DNA of 64,000 bases from a virus (IMGVR_UViG_3300047160_015936:215-64214); one strand, 5' to 3'. Positions 34,954 to 44,583 are shown, counted from the stretch's first letter. The notes: a model not told the origin generated them from the sequence alone. Numbers and translations: made by a program.

Positions 34954-35685
34954 TTATGTCTCTCCAAAAGTCTTATAATTCCCGCGTTGGGTTTTCGTTT
35001 GACTCTTATCCGTCGTTGTCGTGTCGAATGTTGTTGCGGGGTTGGTCGCACCATCAGCGGGATCGAGAGGGTAACCGGAAATTGTCCCGGTTTCTAAACC
35101 AGTGACGGAGTTTGGCGCGTTCGTCGTCCCGGCAAGAGAACGAATCTGATAAAAAAACGTCGGTAAGGCTTGACCATTATTGCTCATCGCATTCGCGCCG
35201 GTTTGGTTATACGTAAACGTCCCTCCGGATATTCCGGTAATCGCAAATTGACCGTCAAAAGAAGAGTCATTCACATTGATGATATTCACAAACTTGCCAA
35301 CATCGTACTGATCCGGCTGGGTCGAAGATGTGTTTAACGTCACTGTCACCACGTTCGCCGCTCGCGCGATCGTCACAATACTGGTAATAAAAACCGCGAC
35401 GTTGTCTAAAAAAGTCGTTTGTTTCGGATCGGTAATCGTATACTTCACCGCCGATACGTTCGCAAAGTCCGGCGTCGGGTTTCGGAGAATCTGGTACCCG
35501 TCAGCTTCTTTCACCGAAGACCACGTCAGTTGCACATGTCCCCGTGTGGGTTTGCTGGCAAAGTTAAACGGTATCCGCGCGGTAGGAGCGCCTTTGATCG
35601 TACGTTTCAACCCCGCACGCCAGACTTGCATGTAGTTGACAAGCTGCTGGTAATTCGCGATTGTCGGGATAGTTTTCAATGCCAT
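34954..35685 (-). CDS. Virion protein with fibronectin-III-like domain
   Basis: LTWSSV..ADGYQILR...TTFLD...FYQIRS. Confidence 0.7.
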   Translation of the reverse strand: MALKTIPTIANYQQLVNYMQVWRAGLKRTIKGAPTARIPFNFASKPTRGHVQLTWSSVKEADGYQILRNPTPDFANVSAVKYTITDPKQTTFLDNVAVFITSIVTIARAANVVTVTLNTSSTQPDQYDVGKFVNIINVNDSSFDGQFAITGISGGTFTYNQTGANAMSNNGQALPTFFYQIRSLAGTTNAPNSVTGLETGTISGYPLDPADGATNPATTFDTTTTDKSQTKTQRGNYKTFGET

Positions 35686-37871
35686 TAGATAAGTCCTGCT
35701 GCGGGGTCGGCGATGACGTGAAGGCCACGGATGGCTCCGGAATTCGTGTCCGACGCGACGCTGATTTCGATCATGAGACGACGGCATAGCGTCCCACCGT
35801 CATTGTCATCCGGAAAGCCGCGAAAGAGATTGCTCCCTACGTCCACCGGAAGCATGTTGATCTTTTTTGGAATCCCCGGAGAGTCGGCGTTGATTGGATC
35901 AAGATAGTAATTGACGGTGATGCTGTTCGCCAACGCCGCCGAATCGACTTCGAATTCAATCGCGCGAAAGACGTGATAAATTTCGGGTTTTTTAAAATCA
36001 ATCAACGCCGTGCGCATGAGCGCCGAGGGAAGATTCGCGTTCGACGTAAACGTCCCGGTAAGATCGTCGATCACCCAAGTATTCCCGCTGCTGTCTCCTC
36101 CGACGAGAACCTTATTCCCGGCGGAGACTTCGAAGACGGCAGTAGAAGAGAACCCTCGTTGAAGTTCGAACCAAACCTTGATTTCGAAGTCGTAGACGTA
36201 AGTGCGAAACCCCGGAGCGCCAGACGTGCTGTTGACTTTATCGAAGTAACTGAGGACTAACCAGTTCCGGCGACCGTAGTTGTAAAACGTCACCGTCGAA
36301 AAGTCCAACTGCGTCGGGTCGAGGTTTTCGAGATTCTTCCGGTTACTGATGCCGATTTCAATGAGCTGCGACGTTACGTTGACGTCTTTCGGCACGTACG
36401 CCCAAGGGTAGTTAGCCGTTGGATAAAGGTACAATTTCCGGTCGTAGGAAAGAAACGCCAGTCCATGAGGCGTCGTTACCATTGTGTTTCTCCCGGCGAT
36501 GCCAACGCTGAATGCGGTGATTTGCGAGATTGCGAAATCGTCGATAGAGTCGCCGTAGAGAGGAAGACATGTCGTCTCGGTGCCTATCCATAACGCGTCT
36601 CCATGCGACGCCATTGCGCGGATACGGTTACTCTGCACCGGGTAGCTGCTCTCGTCGAGGGTGTCGCTGAACGTGTTCGCGTCTACACCGGGACAAGACT
36701 CGCTCGCCGCACCATTCGTCCCCGAAGTGACTTCTTCATTCGCGGTGAAATTGAAGAAGTTCGGTTTCTTCTCGCGTCTCCGCCAGAGACGGAATTTATG
36801 CGTGGTGATAATAGCGGAACCCACCGGAGGGTCATTCCTTATCGGACGGTCAATTTGCAGAAACAAACTCCCGCCGAGACCGAGAAACGCGGAGTTATCC
36901 GTGTACACCGTCGCCGGAAGCACGACCGTCGCAAGGTACTTCCCGACTTTGCTGTTCTCAGCTTCCGAAGCATACACATGCCAATTCGTCGCGCGTGAGG
37001 GAAGAATAGCAAATCCGGTCAACGACGTCGAAGTTTGATTGCTCGGAGCTGGGGTGACGAGAGTAAGATGCGTGTCATCGGTTACCGAAGCGATTGTGCC
37101 AAAATCAAGCCCGTTGACGTAGAGTTTGTATGTGTATCCGCCGCCGTTCGCAGGATGTCCATTCGATCCTCCGGCGTCCGTGACTGCTTTCGTAAAAAGC
37201 GTATTTGTCCCCACGACTGCCGTCGAGGTAATCGTACACTGAATCGTCCCCGGTTGTGGAGTCACGGCGGTTTGTTTCGTCGTAATCGCACCGGTTCCGG
37301 CAGAAATCGGCGACGTCGAGGACTCGTGCACTCTTCCGGCGGTTTCGTCCGCTGTCGTCACCCAGTAGTAACGATTCGTCTGAATAACGAGTGAACCTCC
37401 GGCGCTCACATCAATCTGAGGCGCATTCTGCGGGATCGGAAACCCTGTGCGAAACCACGTCGTTCCGTCGTACGACCAGTTATTCACCCCGTCACATAAG
37501 TGAAGCAAGTTGTCTTTGCTTTGCGCTTGTATGGGACCGTTGAGGGTGCCGACGGCGGAGACGCTCGCCCATGCTCCCGCACCGTTGTTCCGGTATAACG
37601 TTGTCGCGGTCGCGGCAAAGTACTCCCGAATGACGTTCCCGCTCGCGTCGTTGTGATCGAATTCAAATAACGCAACTACGGCTGAGCCGAGATTTGTCGC
37701 AAGATACGCGGGTTCGGGGAGTTCGCGCACGAGGTCACCCGCGCCGGAGGGGATGAGCGAGAGCAAACGTCTTACGGCGTTCGGAGAACCTGTTTGAGCA
37801 TTCTGGCTAGAATACGTATCTTCAGATAATAGTAAATTGAACCTCGAAATTTCCTCTCGTTTTTTGGGCAT
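35685..37871 (-). CDS. Tail nozzle / DNA stabilisation protein
   Basis: 728 aa beta-propeller-like, follows the adaptor. Confidence 0.7.
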   Translation of the reverse strand: MPKKREEISRFNLLLSEDTYSSQNAQTGSPNAVRRLLSLIPSGAGDLVRELPEPAYLATNLGSAVVALFEFDHNDASGNVIREYFAATATTLYRNNGAGAWASVSAVGTLNGPIQAQSKDNLLHLCDGVNNWSYDGTTWFRTGFPIPQNAPQIDVSAGGSLVIQTNRYYWVTTADETAGRVHESSTSPISAGTGAITTKQTAVTPQPGTIQCTITSTAVVGTNTLFTKAVTDAGGSNGHPANGGGYTYKLYVNGLDFGTIASVTDDTHLTLVTPAPSNQTSTSLTGFAILPSRATNWHVYASEAENSKVGKYLATVVLPATVYTDNSAFLGLGGSLFLQIDRPIRNDPPVGSAIITTHKFRLWRRREKKPNFFNFTANEEVTSGTNGAASESCPGVDANTFSDTLDESSYPVQSNRIRAMASHGDALWIGTETTCLPLYGDSIDDFAISQITAFSVGIAGRNTMVTTPHGLAFLSYDRKLYLYPTANYPWAYVPKDVNVTSQLIEIGISNRKNLENLDPTQLDFSTVTFYNYGRRNWLVLSYFDKVNSTSGAPGFRTYVYDFEIKVWFELQRGFSSTAVFEVSAGNKVLVGGDSSGNTWVIDDLTGTFTSNANLPSALMRTALIDFKKPEIYHVFRAIEFEVDSAALANSITVNYYLDPINADSPGIPKKINMLPVDVGSNLFRGFPDDNDGGTLCRRLMIEISVASDTNSGAIRGLHVIADPAAGLI

Positions 37872-37883
37872 ACGTGTTCCCGT

Positions 37884-38450
37884 TTAGGGAAGATAATGAG
37901 CTTCGTTGAGGTACTGAACGGCAGAAAAAAGCAATGTCACATCGTCTCGAAAACGACCTAATCCGGTATTACACATATCGCAAAGCAAACCGCGAACTTT
38001 CTTGGTAGTGTGACAATGATCGACATGCAAACGTCGTTTGAATTCGCTCTTATGACGACGGCAAATTTTACAGCGATGTTGCTGCCGTTCGAGCATTGCA
38101 TCGTAATCTGCTTGAGTAATTCCGTAATTCTTTAAATAAGGCTGTCGCATAAAAATTCGAAGGTTGTTTTTGGCTTTCCTTTCAGGAGTATCGTATTGTT
38201 TCCATCCACATTTCTTTAGAGAGCGAGCAACAATGCTCTTGCGCTCGGCTTTGTGTTCTTTGTTCCATTTTGCCGCTTGCGCAATTTTCTTTTCTTTATT
38301 TTCGAGGTACTTTTCTCGCGAACATTGCTTGCACTGACGACCGCTCGGATATATTGCGGTATTCTCAACGGTGTATTCATGTCCACGAGGACAGAATCGA
38401 ATCGCTCTACGACGATGCGAGATATGGGATTCTGTCATGTGAAATGGCAT
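37884..38450 (-). CDS. Endonuclease VII-type homing endonuclease
   Basis: CPRGHEY; YGIT..DY...Q..C.IC; LHVDHCH.T..VRGLLC..CN..LG.F.D. Confidence 0.9.
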   Translation of the reverse strand: MPFHMTESHISHRRRAIRFCPRGHEYTVENTAIYPSGRQCKQCSREKYLENKEKKIAQAAKWNKEHKAERKSIVARSLKKCGWKQYDTPERKAKNNLRIFMRQPYLKNYGITQADYDAMLERQQHRCKICRRHKSEFKRRLHVDHCHTTKKVRGLLCDMCNTGLGRFRDDVTLLFSAVQYLNEAHYLP

Positions 38451-38474
38451 AAGATATTGAAAATAAAGGACTTA
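38450..38474. promoter_or_regulatory. IHF-like imperfect palindrome
   Basis: TAAGATATTGAAAATAAAGGACTTA; reverse complement resembles WATCAANNNNTTR. Confidence 0.45.
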
Positions 38475-39188
38475 ACCAAGGAAGTCTTGGGCGTACTGAG
38501 GATCGCCGCTCATGCGTAATCCAGCAGAATTATTAATCTCAAGAATATCGTCCTTCCACTCCTTCTGCCACGCTTCCCATTGGGTTGGGTCTTGCAAAGA
38601 CAAGGAGATTTTCTTCGCAGCATAGTCAGCCAGCTTCTTACTATACGGCAACATGACTTCGTTGAGATCGTCTCCGGTGTCGATGTCTTGAATCCAACGG
38701 ACGTAGTATAACGTCAGGGCGAAGTTGGCTTCGGGGAACTGTGCCATGATGAATTGGTCTTTGCCGAAGATTGTGTAGTAGTATGTCGTGAAGGGAAACA
38801 AAGTCCGGTCAACGTTAGAAGTCTTCCGCGCGTCCTGAAACGTCGGATGAGAAATCTCGCGATATTCGAACTTTGTCTGCTCGAATCCGCTCGTCGTGCA
38901 TTCGACGAAACGAAGCTCATGAAAGTCTACGGGGAGAGAGTAACTGCGAGTGTTCGTCGCCAACGCGGCGAAGTAATTCGCTTGTGTGGCATCGCTTCCC
39001 TGAGACGTCTGTCCGAAGTAGTCTTGTTCGAGATTCTTTAGGATTGCCCACACCGCGTCTTTGGCTTCGTTAATGAAACCTATTTTCTTCTTCGGACTCG
39101 CCGCGTTCTGATAACCCGCGAGACGGTCATCGACAAGGTCGATAAGTCCCTGACCGGTGATGCCACGAATACCGATGTCTGAAGGCAT
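38472..39188 (-). CDS. Head-tail adaptor protein
   Basis: FINEA, YSLP.DF, YYTIFG; position. Confidence 0.7.
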   Translation of the reverse strand: MPSDIGIRGITGQGLIDLVDDRLAGYQNAASPKKKIGFINEAKDAVWAILKNLEQDYFGQTSQGSDATQANYFAALATNTRSYSLPVDFHELRFVECTTSGFEQTKFEYREISHPTFQDARKTSNVDRTLFPFTTYYYTIFGKDQFIMAQFPEANFALTLYYVRWIQDIDTGDDLNEVMLPYSKKLADYAAKKISLSLQDPTQWEAWQKEWKDDILEINNSAGLRMSGDPQYAQDFLG

Positions 39189-39215
39189 GAGAGGAGAGTC
39201 CTTTCGAGGAGATAT

Positions 39216-39291
39216 TGGAGCCGCTCCGAGGAGTTGAACCCCGACAAGACTGTTTACAAAACAGCAGCACTGCCAGTTATGCTAGAGCGGC
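39216..39291 (-). tRNA. tRNA-Thr(UGU)
   Basis: Acceptor GCCGCTC/GAGCGGC, D-arm GCAT/GTGC, anticodon loop TT-TGT-AA, T-loop TTCAACT, encoded CCA. Confidence 0.9.
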
Positions 39292-39298
39292 AAAAACG

Positions 39299-39844
39299 TT
39301 AACGATGATGACCCGGAGACGGCGCATGGAGAAGTTTTTTCATGTTTCTCTCGCCGGAGAGAAGTTCCGTCTCGCGTTTACGCCAGAGAAACCCAAGCTG
39401 GTCAAATGTCTCCCGGTTAAGTTCTTCTCTTTCGTTACTATGACGTTTTTCCATCGCGTCGGCGTCGCGCGAGTCTTGCTTGTCCATCTCGTCGGCGTAA
39501 CGCGAGTATCCACCGTAACGTTGAATGTCACCGAGACACAAGGAGTCAAAGACGCGTGAGTCGAGCGTCTCGGCAAAAAGAACGACGCGTTTTCCGTCTT
39601 GTGCCGACGCGAGTTCTTCGCTCACGCCGACAAACGTCTTCACCGTCACAGGACGCAACGGCGACTCCGTTTTCATGATTCTCGCCGTGCGGTCACGACG
39701 GCGTCGAAGAAACGCAAGCTCGTCTTGCGGAATAAACGCCTTACGTTCGATAATCCATGACCGTGAGACGTCACCATATCGCACCGAGAGTAACGGGTCG
39801 AACGCGTGTAACGACGTGACGAAACCAGCGAGAGGAGTGGACAT
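39299..39844 (-). CDS. Hypothetical head-module protein
   Basis: 181 aa, TAATG coupling. Confidence 0.7.
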   Translation of the reverse strand: MSTPLAGFVTSLHAFDPLLSVRYGDVSRSWIIERKAFIPQDELAFLRRRRDRTARIMKTESPLRPVTVKTFVGVSEELASAQDGKRVVLFAETLDSRVFDSLCLGDIQRYGGYSRYADEMDKQDSRDADAMEKRHSNEREELNRETFDQLGFLWRKRETELLSGERNMKKLLHAPSPGHHR

Positions 39845-40311
39845 TACCGTGTGACCGAGGGGACACGAACGACCGGAGCGGTTCGTACCGGAGTCGCGGC
39901 GACAACGTCTGCGTCCGCGTCTTCCGGAACGGCTTTTTCCGCATTCTGGAATGCCTTCGCGGCTTTGCGCAAGTCGTCAATGCTCATCCCGAATTCTTCG
40001 GCAACGTTTGGCGTCTTCGACTCCATCAGCTCGTTGATGTCATACGCGCCGAGATCGTCCAGCATCGGAACCTGCTCGCCGTCGATGTGCTCGCCAATGA
40101 TAATCCCAGACTCTCTCCGAAGACTCTGGCCGATGCTTTCGTTGACGGTGACAACCCGTCCCGGACGGAACTCAAAAACCTGCGCGTCGAACTGCAACTT
40201 CAAAACCTCTCCGTGATCGTCTTTCTTGAGTGAGCGGCAACGACGTGCTTGCGCAAGAATGTTCTCGTCCGACGTCAACCTCAACTTCATCTGTCTCATT
40301 TCCAATGACAT
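39844..40311 (-). CDS. Hypothetical head-module protein
   Basis: SD AGGAG. Confidence 0.7.
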   Translation of the reverse strand: MSLEMRQMKLRLTSDENILAQARRCRSLKKDDHGEVLKLQFDAQVFEFRPGRVVTVNESIGQSLRRESGIIIGEHIDGEQVPMLDDLGAYDINELMESKTPNVAEEFGMSIDDLRKAAKAFQNAEKAVPEDADADVVAATPVRTAPVVRVPSVTR

Positions 40312-40388
40312 AAATGTTTCTCCTGTAGAGTAGCTACGAACGGCGAAGACGCACGAGCGTCCTTTTGCTGTTCATCTATTATTTTACG

Positions 40389-40940
40389 TTACTTCACGGG
40401 GACGAGTAAACGTTGCCGTTCCTTTGGACACAACCCATCGCTTCCAAGGCGACCGCGAGATGTATTGCAATTCGCGCAAAGCACACGATACCCTGCAGGG
40501 AAATTGTTTTTCATCAACCAACGGTAGATTTGATTCGTGCGAATTTCTTTGCGATGTCTTACTCCTCCGCCGTTAATATGATCGATATGCAAATATTCGG
40601 GTTCCGTCACATCGCAACCACACGGGCAAGCGCATTTGTACCCGCCATAGGCCGCAAACACCATGTCTTTAATCTCAGCGTTGCGCCGTTTGTCCGAAAG
40701 ATATTGTTTCTGAACACATTCGGAACACTTTTGTGTTTTATTGTCACGTGGTTTTCCGCACAACCAACAAATTCCGGCTGCGGCTTTTTCTTTCCGTCGA
40801 TCTTTACGCTCAGAAGATGTACATGTTTTACAAACTGCAAACAACCAAGGCTCTCCGCGTTTATTTTTCCGGCTTTCGTGAGCGAAAAATTCACTACGCG
40901 GTTTCGGTTCCTTACATGTCCGGCATTTTTTGAGTAACAT
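40389..40940 (-). CDS. HNH homing endonuclease
   Basis: AYGG..C.C.C...LHIDHINGGG...YRVLCANCN. Confidence 0.9.
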   Translation of the reverse strand: MLLKKCRTCKEPKPRSEFFAHESRKNKRGEPWLFAVCKTCTSSERKDRRKEKAAAGICWLCGKPRDNKTQKCSECVQKQYLSDKRRNAEIKDMVFAAYGGYKCACPCGCDVTEPEYLHIDHINGGGVRHRKEIRTNQIYRWLMKNNFPAGYRVLCANCNTSRGRLGSDGLCPKERQRLLVPVK

Positions 40941-40963
40941 CTGTGTTTCTCCTTTTCAAAACA

Positions 40964-40993
40964 AGAATAACACAAATGTCTTTCGATTGTCAA
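40964..40993 (-). promoter_or_regulatory. sigma70-type promoter of the HNH gene
   Basis: TTGACA-18-TATTCT with TG extension. Confidence 0.6.
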
Positions 40994-40994
40994 T

Positions 40995-41023
40995 AAAAAC
41001 GGGCCACTTTTGAGGTGGCCCGT
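40995..41023 (-). terminator. Terminator after the major capsid gene
   Basis: acgggccac/gtggcccgt stem + T-tract. Confidence 0.8.
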
Positions 41024-41052
41024 AAGGGTGGAAAGTATTGAAAGTAAAGGAC

Positions 41053-42345
41053 TTAGATGGCAAACACGCCGCTGGTGACAGTGGCAGTTACGCCGTCGAA
41101 GCGTACGTGACTTGAACCCTTGTCCGACAAGTAGTTCTCAAACACGCGATAGCGAGCCTCGTAATTGTCCTTGTTCTGAACACGAAACAACACCGTGCCG
41201 TCTTCATCTGCCCACTCGCCTTCGACTTCAGGAATCCAGAAGAGGTGAGATTTGTTCACGCCCATGAGGGTTCCGTAAGCGAAATCCTTGTCGATTTTGA
41301 TCGGGATGTTCGCGAACGCGAGTTCGGCTTTGAACTGCCCCGCAGCGGTGCCGGGGTCGGGTTTCATCAAGTACTGTTGGGTGTACCGGCGGTCGGCCTC
41401 GGTCAGTTTCAGCACTTCACGGCGAACGCTCGCGTGAGCAAGGAACTGATCGATGACTTCTCCGGAGACTTCCTCAGCGTTATCGATACCACGCTGAATG
41501 AGGTCGGTGGAGAGGGTTCCGACGGAGGAGAGAATGTTGCTGCGGAAGAACGCGTTCGCGGCCTGCGAGCGGTCCAATCCGTGAATCGAAGACACAAACG
41601 TGGTGCTGTCAACGATCCCCAAAATCCCCATCGGTTCCAGTTGGAATGAAGACTCGCCGGGAGATGCAGCGTTCGAACCGAACGTCAGCAAGTCACTCGT
41701 GGCGAGACTTGTCACCGTAGTGTCGAGCTGAATATTCGGCTCGTTCACAACAGTCACAGTCGCAACCACACGCAGCGTCGCACCCGTCGAGTCCGTAATC
41801 GCGACCACGTCTCCGACTTTCACAAACCGGGTGACGTTGACGGTTCCGGTAACTCCGCCGGGATTGCTGAGCTGAATGTTGTTGTTAGCGTTGATGGTTC
41901 CGGTCGAGACGAAATTCGCCAGCGTGCCGACGCCGAAATACGCCAGCATACGGTTACGCTGACGGGTGAGGTCTTCGACGAGACCCTTCTGCTCACTGTC
42001 CATCGCGCGGGCGAAGGAACCTTTGTCGGAACGCGAGGCTTTCATCACCTGAGTCGTCAACTCGATCCGGCCTTCGATAAACCGCATCGGGACTTTCAGG
42101 TTGGCATAACCCTGTTTTCCGGCGACGGGAAGCAGCCCGCCTTCTGCCGTGGCTTTCACGCCACTGTTACGAGACTTACGGAGCGAGAAGACGACTTGGC
42201 GTCCTTCCCATTCCATCTGCTCGACGTCGCCTTTGGTGAAGAGGTCAAGGAGACGGGTTTTTTCGTTGAGCTGATCGCGGATCGGGCCTGCGTAGACGTC
42301 TTTAAGCGAGGCGTCGAAGCCCGAAGTAGTGGTATCTTGAGGCAT
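41053..42345 (-). CDS. Major capsid protein
   Basis: 430 aa; LKDVY.GPI.DQLN, EGG.LP.AG; follows scaffold and is followed by a terminator. Confidence 0.9.
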   Translation of the reverse strand: MPQDTTTSGFDASLKDVYAGPIRDQLNEKTRLLDLFTKGDVEQMEWEGRQVVFSLRKSRNSGVKATAEGGLLPVAGKQGYANLKVPMRFIEGRIELTTQVMKASRSDKGSFARAMDSEQKGLVEDLTRQRNRMLAYFGVGTLANFVSTGTINANNNIQLSNPGGVTGTVNVTRFVKVGDVVAITDSTGATLRVVATVTVVNEPNIQLDTTVTSLATSDLLTFGSNAASPGESSFQLEPMGILGIVDSTTFVSSIHGLDRSQAANAFFRSNILSSVGTLSTDLIQRGIDNAEEVSGEVIDQFLAHASVRREVLKLTEADRRYTQQYLMKPDPGTAAGQFKAELAFANIPIKIDKDFAYGTLMGVNKSHLFWIPEVEGEWADEDGTVLFRVQNKDNYEARYRVFENYLSDKGSSHVRFDGVTATVTSGVFAI

Positions 42346-42547
42346 TTGTTAACTCCAAAGAGAATTTTTCGCTCCCAGAACGGGAACGGTTGGGGAGACA
42401 CTTAGTCTCAGTTCTCTCGCCGCTTCTGCGCTCTGGGGGAGTGACGCCTCAGGTATGAGGAAGGGAGGGATTAGGGGAAACGTCACAAGACGTTTCGTTA
42501 GTCTCTCGCGTCTTGCGGTAGTGTGCCGCGAAACACGAGCAAAGATT

Positions 42548-42577
42548 AGGATAACACGGGAGAAAGAGACGTGTCTA
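42548..42577 (-). promoter_or_regulatory. Candidate promoter upstream of the capsid gene
   Basis: TAGACA-18-TATCCT with TG extension. Confidence 0.45.
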
Positions 42578-42595
42578 CTTTATCGACACGTCTCT
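42565..42595 (-). terminator. 11-bp hairpin, terminator-like
   Basis: agagacgtgtc/gacacgtctct. Confidence 0.5.
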
Positions 42596-42601
42596 CGGGT
42601 T

Positions 42602-42760
42602 TTATTTCTTGCCGCGTTTGCCGCGACGTTTACTCGCGGGATTGTGGCGATTGCCGTTGGAATTATGGTAATGTCCCTGCTTGGGACGATTAGCGCAAAA
42701 GATACACCCGGACTTACACGGTGTACTGCGTGGACGATTGCGATGGGCGTTGCCGCTCAT
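42602..42760 (-). CDS. 52-aa basic Cys/His peptide (not in ORF track)
   Basis: SD AAGGAGGT; MSGNAHRNRPRSTPCKSGCIFC...SKRRGKRGKK. Confidence 0.6.
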   Translation of the reverse strand: MSGNAHRNRPRSTPCKSGCIFCANRPKQGHYHNSNGNRHNPASKRRGKRGKK

Positions 42761-42811
42761 GATTGACCTCCTTCTAGTGGTCAGTCATAAGCACCTCCTA
42801 AGAGAAAATTT

Positions 42812-43105
42812 GTCGTCGGACAGGATGAGCATCAACCTGCGCGAATACTCTGTCATTGTTGGGACACGGACGATGGGTTATTCCGGCCTCAAGCTACCAT
42901 TACTTACACCGTGTCGAAAGCCTACGCTTCCCCGGAACCTTCTGACATTTCACCGCTTCGAAGAGTATTAGTCACCAGACCTACCGCATGGCTGGCTACT
43001 CCTCTTCGCATCTCTAGAGCGACTTTTCGGTTCGCCCGCCCCAAACTGGCTGGCGGGTACTTCGGCTAGTCGTCCAACCGGTACGTACGCTTTTCGTCCG
43101 ACAGA
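42812..43105 (-). ncRNA. Candidate large structured RNA
   Basis: Closing helix GTCGGAC/GTCCGAC, multiple internal stems, possible pseudoknot TTCCGG/CCGGAA. Confidence 0.55.
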
Positions 43106-43119
43106 AGAAGACTATCACA

Positions 43120-44007
43120 TTACTCCTGCGTCTGTCCACCCCACGCACGCTGTGCCGCTTCCCACGCACGATTATGAATGTCGCTCTGTGAGAGTTTCTC
43201 TTTTGTCGGAGCCGCGTTACCCTTACCCGCGCCGGGTTTCGGCAGCGGCGACGGCGTACGTTTAATCGCTGCTTGTTTTTGCTGCGTGTAGTTACTCGTG
43301 CGGGACTGGTCATAAAGACCCAAACCAGTTTTCACCCTTGCGAGTCCTTCTTTGATAACCTGCTTCAACGCCTCGCCGCCAGCGAAGAACGCATTCGTAC
43401 GTCGTTCGTCAGCGTTGATATACGACGCAAGACTGTCTTCGATCATCGACGCGAAGTCACCGTCTGCGGGAAGTTTCATTTCTTTCAACTCAGCGGCAAG
43501 GAGCGTCCGGCCCTGTTCCATCCTCGTCGCGCGAAGTTGCTGAAACTGTTCCTGTTTCGACTCTTCCGCACCACCACGAAGGTCTTCAATCTGCTTCCGC
43601 ATTTCTTCGAGATCGGACGCTTTTACGTAACCGGCTTTGACGCCATTCTTCTCCAACCACTTACGCGCGTTCTTCTCTTCTTGCGAAAGTTCTTCGTCGT
43701 CGGCGGGAGCGGCAGCGGCCTTCGGCGCGGCCTGCGCCTGTCGTTGCATTTCTTCAATTCGTTCGATGAGCTGATTACGCTCTTCCAAAAAGTCAGCAAT
43801 CTGTTCAGGATCAGAAATCCCGTACTCTTGCGCGACGCGTTCATACGGCGCGAGTTGAGAGATTCTCTCACCGGCTTGTCCGAAAGCCTCTACGGCTTCT
43901 TCTTGAGTCTTGTACCTTGTGCGGTCATTGACGGTGAGGAAAAAGTCGTCGGAAGGAGTTGGGGAAGTTTCCGAAGGGGTAGATTGTGGATCGATTTCTT
44001 CAGGCAT
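43120..44007 (-). CDS. Capsid scaffolding protein
   Basis: Acidic coiled coil upstream of the capsid gene. Confidence 0.75.
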   Translation of the reverse strand: MPEEIDPQSTPSETSPTPSDDFFLTVNDRTRYKTQEEAVEAFGQAGERISQLAPYERVAQEYGISDPEQIADFLEERNQLIERIEEMQRQAQAAPKAAAAPADDEELSQEEKNARKWLEKNGVKAGYVKASDLEEMRKQIEDLRGGAEESKQEQFQQLRATRMEQGRTLLAAELKEMKLPADGDFASMIEDSLASYINADERRTNAFFAGGEALKQVIKEGLARVKTGLGLYDQSRTSNYTQQKQAAIKRTPSPLPKPGAGKGNAAPTKEKLSQSDIHNRAWEAAQRAWGGQTQE

Positions 44008-44087
44008 GACAGGCTCCAGTAGGGAGAAAATGTCTCGGTACTTCGGGAGAAGTAACGAGTTTTTGTTACATTCTTACTCCCCACTCT

Positions 44088-44115
44088 CAAAAAGGATACG
44101 AGCGAGCGTATCCTT
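44088..44115 (-). terminator. Rho-independent terminator
   Basis: aaggatacg/cgtatcctt stem + T-tract. Confidence 0.6.
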
Positions 44116-44145
44116 GATGAGAGCAGGTACATCTGAAAAGTCTTT

Positions 44146-44583
44146 CTAGGCGTTCTCGGCTTCCACGCCGACAGTATCCGTAACCATCTGCGCGACAATC
44201 CCGCTCGCGCGAGGCTTCTGCAAAACCATCTGAATCGCCGTGTCCACAGCGGCAGAACCACTGTGAATGCTGATGACGTTCGTGGTGATGATGTCGCCTT
44301 TGGTGAATTTTGTCGGGTTGGCCGACAACGTTCCATATGTTGGAGTCGTCGAGCCGGACGCAAAATCAATCCTCGACGTAGTCGAAAAAATCGTTGTCCC
44401 GTTCTTCTGCACGTCGATGCTCATCGTACCGGTGACCCCGGCGGTGCGCACACGCGCGAAAAGAGCCTTGAGGACACAGTCATACGGGACAAGATATGTG
44501 TTCTTCGCACCGGTGGTAGCGTTACCCGCGAGACCGGTAAAATCAACTAATTCCTCTGCGCGGTGTTTCAGTTTGATAGACAT
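44146..44583 (-). CDS. Putative capsid decoration / minor virion protein
   Basis: Beta-rich; IDVQKNGTTIFST. Confidence 0.65.
   Translation of the reverse strand: MSIKLKHRAEELVDFTGLAGNATTGAKNTYLVPYDCVLKALFARVRTAGVTGTMSIDVQKNGTTIFSTTSRIDFASGSTTPTYGTLSANPTKFTKGDIITTNVISIHSGSAAVDTAIQMVLQKPRASGIVAQMVTDTVGVEAENA

Noticed and set aside
39215-39559. ORF MEPLRGVEPR...
   Set aside because: Antisense translation of the tRNA gene.
42812-43105. Group I intron, tmRNA or RNase P identity for the structured RNA
   Set aside because: No convincing P7 R/S motifs, tRNA-like ends or RNase P core found; the flanking genes are not interrupted.
44064-44082. SD + ATG-TAA start-stop minigene on the minus strand
   Set aside because: It lies within a hairpin and occurs once, so chance cannot be excluded.
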